Shown here piece by piece: positions 60,024-64,000 of a stretch of 64,000 nt of DNA. The position numbers and the translations under genes are program-made. Below the pieces are notes generated by a model. It was not told the origin of the DNA, did not search any database, and saw only the letters and a program-made list of their open reading frames with translations. Position 1 is the first letter of the stretch. The number at the start of each line of letters is the position of its first letter. This DNA comes from an uncultured Bacteroidales bacterium (GTDB lineage: Bacteria; Bacteroidota; Bacteroidia; Bacteroidales; Bacteroidaceae), in contig CADBXL010000029.1 of assembly GCA_902798615.1 (NCBI GenBank), positions 3,722 to 67,721 of the forward strand, given 5' to 3'.

Positions 60024-62951
60024 TCACTTAACTACAATCTTCTTTCCATTCTTAACGTAAATTCCAGGCTTGAGGTTATTGCCGTTAACCGCACGACCAT
60101 TCAAGTCATAGTAAAAAGATGATTCTGCATTAGCCTTGCGTAACTGACGAATGGCAGTCGTCTCATCCTCAAACACCATGCTGAACGGACGGGCATTAGC
60201 CGAAGACGAAATGGTGAAGTATGCCTTGCGAGCAGGAACATTAGTAGCCCCGAAGCTATGGAAACCGAACTTGTTGTTCTTGTTGCTAAGCATATAGAGA
60301 GTCTTGGCATCGTTAGAGGTGAGGGAAGTGCGAAGCGTAGGCTCATCCACACCGCGAAGGTCGTTCTTAACGCTATACTCAGCAGCAGAAACATCATCGC
60401 GAGTCATGCTGATGTCGTTATTCTCACTTACAATGATAACGGCAGTACCCTTTGGAATCACCTTGCCAAGCAAGTGCAAAGTAATCACGTCATCACCTAC
60501 AGTAGCGGTATAGGCACAGGCATTCTCTTCCTCATTAATACGATAGCCTGCATCGCCACAATAGAAAGAAGTCCAGTTGATATCCTCTATCAGACTGCCT
60601 TTAAGGCTGATCTCCTTCATAGGCTCCCATACAGCCGTAACGCTCACGTTCTTCTGTGGCATTTCGAACCAGTTATCCTTGATAGTAACTTCCTCGCTTT
60701 TGTAATTTACCAAATCATATCCCGCACGATTTGCTTCAAGCTTTATTCTCTCGTGCAGCTCACCCATAGTGTAGTTACTGATAGTAATGGCTTTGGTTGA
60801 TGTTATGCCATAGCCGAGATTCAGATGAAGGAGAGGCCTGTTTTCGGCGAGTATTGCATCAATAAATGGGAAATCATCCACGTCCTCACCGTAAATATCC
60901 AGTCCCGTGCTGATATCGAAGTCGCATCTTCCGGGGATTCTGCCACCACCGGTGACGCAACCTATAAATGAACCTGTGCCACTGATAGATGGATCAATAA
61001 CGGTACAATTAGTAATACTACCATTGTTATTGCCTGCAATGCCACCAAGATACGAATCGCCACTTATAGATGGAGCAATAACGCTACAATTAGTAATACT
61101 ACCACCATTGTTATTGCCTGCAATGCCGCCAATACTATTGGTGCCGCTAAAGCTTGGGGCGATAAGGGTTACGTTCTTGACAATCGAATACTTACCGATA
61201 CTGCTGAATAGTCCTACATTTCCTTCACCGCTGAATTTGAGTCCCTTTATGGTATGTCCCTGCCCATCGAATGAGAATTTTATCGAAGATAAATAAATAT
61301 CGATTGGCATGAAGTTTCCTCTTTGATTTGAAGTAATCTCACAGTCTAACGGCATATTTGTGAAGTCAAGGTCTGCCGCAAGTTTTACCTTCTGGCCATT
61401 GAGCCTTAAACTCTGTAATTCTTTGGCCAATTTAGCACCAAGATCAATTAATCCTTGCTTTTGCGAGATGACGTAGGTTGTATCATTTTCGTCAAATGAT
61501 ATGGCAATGTCATTGAAGGAAACGCGTGTGAAATCGAGTCTCTTACTGCTATTAGCTTTAATACTAAGACTAGACTTGATATTCGCCCCAATGTATTTTG
61601 TGTCTGGGTTAACTGACTTATATTTGTCGTTGACATAGAGAACGCAGTTCTTGAAGGCAGCAAAGACTTTAATCGCTGATTTTGCACCTTTAAATGCATC
61701 CTTCTCGATTATTGATAGGCTGACTGGTAGCCTGAGGGTGCCAGCCAGGTATCCTTCAAATGTACTCTTATGGATAATAGTCAGGCTTGTGCATTCACGC
61801 AAATCTATATCACCCTTGAAGCCATTGAATGCATTGGCTTTGGGAAACTTGAATTTGCTTCCTTGGGCAATGGTCAAAGTGCAGCCTTTACTGAGTTTAC
61901 TTCCCACGTTCTTAAAAGCATAGGATTCGAATCTTACTACACTGGCAGGAATGCTTATCTCTTTCAGATAAAAAGCATCGGAGAATGTGTATTGAGCGAT
62001 AGTGGCCAGGCTTGTGCATTCATGCAAATCTATGGCGCCCTTGAAGGCCTTGAATGCATTGCTTCCGATAGAAGAGAGTTTACTTCCTTGGGCAACGGTC
62101 AAAGTGCAGCCATTATCGAGTTTGCTTCCCACGTTCTCAAAAGCATTCTCTGCGATTGTCTCTACACTGGCAGGAATGGTTATCTTTTCCAAATTAACAG
62201 CACCAGAGAATGCGTATTGACCGATAGTGGTCAGGCTTGTGCATTCAAGCCAATCTATGTCGCCCTTGAATCTCTTGAATGCATAGTTTCCGATAGAAGA
62301 GAGTTTGCTTCCTTGGGCAAAGGTCAAAGTGCAGCCATTATCGAGTTCGCTTCCCACGTCCTGAAAAGCATAATCATCGATTATTTCTACACTTGCCGGA
62401 ATGGTTATCTCTTTCAGAAAATAGCCACTGGTGAATACGTATTTACCGATAGTGGTCAGGTTTGTGCATTCATGCAAATCTACGTTGCCCTTGAAGGACT
62501 TGAATGCCTCATTTTCGATAGAAGAGAGTTTGCTTCCCTGGGCAAAGGTCAAAGTGCAGCCATTATCGAGTCCTACGTACGTAAAAGCATATTTATTGAT
62601 TTGTGTGACACTTGCTGGAATGGTTAGCTCTTTCAGATTAACAGCATTGTAGAATGCCCAACTACCGATTTTACTCAAGCCTTCAGGCAATATGATTTTA
62701 TTTATTTTGGATATATAATGATGCCATGGATCTTCTCCAGGATCATAGTCATCCATATCGCCTGTACCACTAATGGTGAGCGTACTGTCGCTCGACGTGA
62801 ATTCCCATTTCAGGTTGTCACCACACGAGCCACTATCATCCGCCCATGCAGTAGCGGAGGAGAATAGCATGACGAGCAGCACGATAGCTGCACTCTTTAC
62901 TTTGCCGAGCCATGAGGCAGCCGGCATCAATGATTTAGGGGTTCTTTTCAT
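60024..62951 (-). CDS. BspA-type leucine-rich-repeat surface protein with GLUG-like repeats and a T9SS-type C-terminal domain
   Basis: Signal peptide, LxxIxIPASVxxIxxxAF repeats in four 75-aa super-repeats, GGIAGNN motifs and terminal YDLNGR...KPGIYVKNGKKIVVK. Confidence 0.88.
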   Translation of the reverse strand: MKRTPKSLMPAASWLGKVKSAAIVLLVMLFSSATAWADDSGSCGDNLKWEFTSSDSTLTISGTGDMDDYDPGEDPWHHYISKINKIILPEGLSKIGSWAFYNAVNLKELTIPASVTQINKYAFTYVGLDNGCTLTFAQGSKLSSIENEAFKSFKGNVDLHECTNLTTIGKYVFTSGYFLKEITIPASVEIIDDYAFQDVGSELDNGCTLTFAQGSKLSSIGNYAFKRFKGDIDWLECTSLTTIGQYAFSGAVNLEKITIPASVETIAENAFENVGSKLDNGCTLTVAQGSKLSSIGSNAFKAFKGAIDLHECTSLATIAQYTFSDAFYLKEISIPASVVRFESYAFKNVGSKLSKGCTLTIAQGSKFKFPKANAFNGFKGDIDLRECTSLTIIHKSTFEGYLAGTLRLPVSLSIIEKDAFKGAKSAIKVFAAFKNCVLYVNDKYKSVNPDTKYIGANIKSSLSIKANSSKRLDFTRVSFNDIAISFDENDTTYVISQKQGLIDLGAKLAKELQSLRLNGQKVKLAADLDFTNMPLDCEITSNQRGNFMPIDIYLSSIKFSFDGQGHTIKGLKFSGEGNVGLFSSIGKYSIVKNVTLIAPSFSGTNSIGGIAGNNNGGSITNCSVIAPSISGDSYLGGIAGNNNGSITNCTVIDPSISGTGSFIGCVTGGGRIPGRCDFDISTGLDIYGEDVDDFPFIDAILAENRPLLHLNLGYGITSTKAITISNYTMGELHERIKLEANRAGYDLVNYKSEEVTIKDNWFEMPQKNVSVTAVWEPMKEISLKGSLIEDINWTSFYCGDAGYRINEEENACAYTATVGDDVITLHLLGKVIPKGTAVIIVSENNDISMTRDDVSAAEYSVKNDLRGVDEPTLRTSLTSNDAKTLYMLSNKNNKFGFHSFGATNVPARKAYFTISSSANARPFSMVFEDETTAIRQLRKANAESSFYYDLNGRAVNGNNLKPGIYVKNGKKIVVK

Positions 62952-63232
62952 CTTCTTGTTATAATATAATTTTTTATAGTAATACCTTTATTATTTTTGA
63001 TAAAGTCTTCGTGTAATGGAAATTACATGGTGCAAAGTTACAAAAAAATCATAATATTCTATCATTTTATTTCAAAAAATCACAAAAAAAACTAAAAAAT
63101 GATGCGATATTAATGTGTTATTAATGCGGTATTATATGTCTCACTCCGTGAGGAAACATTAATTATTCGCTGAAGCTCATCAAGCTAAAGCAAGTTCTCA
63201 CGAATTTCACGTTAATGTCGCATTAATTTTTC

Positions 63233-63379
63233 GTAACTACTCAGCCCCCACTCGTAGGGTATTATTTTTTTACGCGAATTTCCGTAAATTAACCGCAAAT
63301 TATCCGAAAATTATTGTTGTTTACATATGAATAAAAGAATTTACGATTAAATTCACGGATAATTCAGCTGAGTAGTTAC
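63233..63379. mobile_element. MITE-like element, copy 2
   Basis: Direct copy of 59196-59367 lacking a ~25-bp internal segment. Confidence 0.75.
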
Positions 63380-63479
63380 AATTTTTCACGCATGGACATT
63401 TCCGTTTCTTCCGTGGTCAGAAACAAAAAAGCCCACTCATAATGAGCGGGCCATGAAATACGCCAAAACATAGAGCTTT

Positions 63480-63743
63480 TTATTCCGTGTGTACGACCAA
63501 TTCCATATTATCATCCAGAGGAATCCATGCAAGTTCACGAATAGTCTCTGCCATATATTCCCGGTCCAGAATTTCGAGGATCATGTTAATCCTATTAGTC
63601 ATTGACTCCAGATTCAGGAACTGCTTCCATGTATCGTAATCCATTTCTATGATATCACACGAAGGGGTGGCAGACATACGGTATATGAATCTAACCACCA
63701 ATCTCTTTTTGAAGTCTTTTTTGTTAGTATCAGTTTTTTCCAT
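63480..63743 (-). CDS. Hypothetical 87-aa protein
   Basis: ATG start, followed by a terminator-like hairpin at about 63427-63451. No recognisable motif. Confidence 0.5.
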   Translation of the reverse strand: MEKTDTNKKDFKKRLVVRFIYRMSATPSCDIIEMDYDTWKQFLNLESMTNRINMILEILDREYMAETIRELAWIPLDDNMELVVHTE

Positions 63744-63949
63744 AATTGTATAAGTATTTTAGTCATTCATTGGCAAATGTAGTAAAAAAATACCAATCCT
63801 CCAAAAAAAATGCTCAAAAAAAGCTTTCGGGGGTGTATTTTTTATGTAGAAGTATATTTGTGATGTTGTAAAAGATGACATAGAATATCCAAGTATTGGC
63901 ATCATTCCGCTTTGGCATTTTGGATTAATGTACTAGTTCCAGTATAAAG

Positions 63950-64000
63950 TAAGTCCGTTGTAATACCGTTCCAGGTCCGTTGTAAGTCCGTTCCAAATCC
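63950..64000. repeat. Start of another TCCGTT 11-bp array (cut by the window end)
   Basis: AAGTCCGTTGTAATACCGTTCCAGGTCCGTTGTAAGTCCGTTCCAAATCC matches the arrays at 4093-4140 and about 19610-19675. Confidence 0.75.

Noticed and set aside
1-64000. Prophage, ICE, IS transposase, defence system, rRNA or tRNA genes
   Set aside because: No ORF carries integrase, transposase, phage or defence motifs, and I saw no tRNA or rRNA signature by eye. tRNAscan-SE would confirm.

Overview
Chromosomal window of a Bacteroidales bacterium, most consistent with Prevotellaceae (TAnnTTTG promoters, PorT, Prevotella-type C-terminal secretion domain). It holds mostly housekeeping genes: lipid synthesis (acpP, fabF, an acyltransferase pair), rnc, lepB, dapB, parE, metE, fprA, xth, folE, tpiA, cca, clpB, tsaA, and a nitrogen cluster (asnB-amt-PII divergent from dapF-dapL-porin-glnA). 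I saw no integrase, transposase, phage gene, CRISPR array, rRNA or tRNA. The unusual signal is in the non-coding DNA and small ORFs. (1) A GC-rich palindromic REP family occurs as intergenic doublets and is also inserted in-frame five times in four proteins. (2) A covarying two-hairpin leader follows three unrelated promoters. (3) A dispersed ~0.7-kb non-coding element carries 28-bp sites and 11-bp phased arrays. (4) A repeat-bracketed cassette has a T9SS-type LRR protein followed by two unannotated homologous acidic micropeptides. (5) Three 32-bp-phased palindromes lie in the divergent nitrogen promoter. (6) An ECF sigma islet is bounded by a duplicated tsaA 3' end. All alignments were done by eye and no database search was run, so novelty is unverified.
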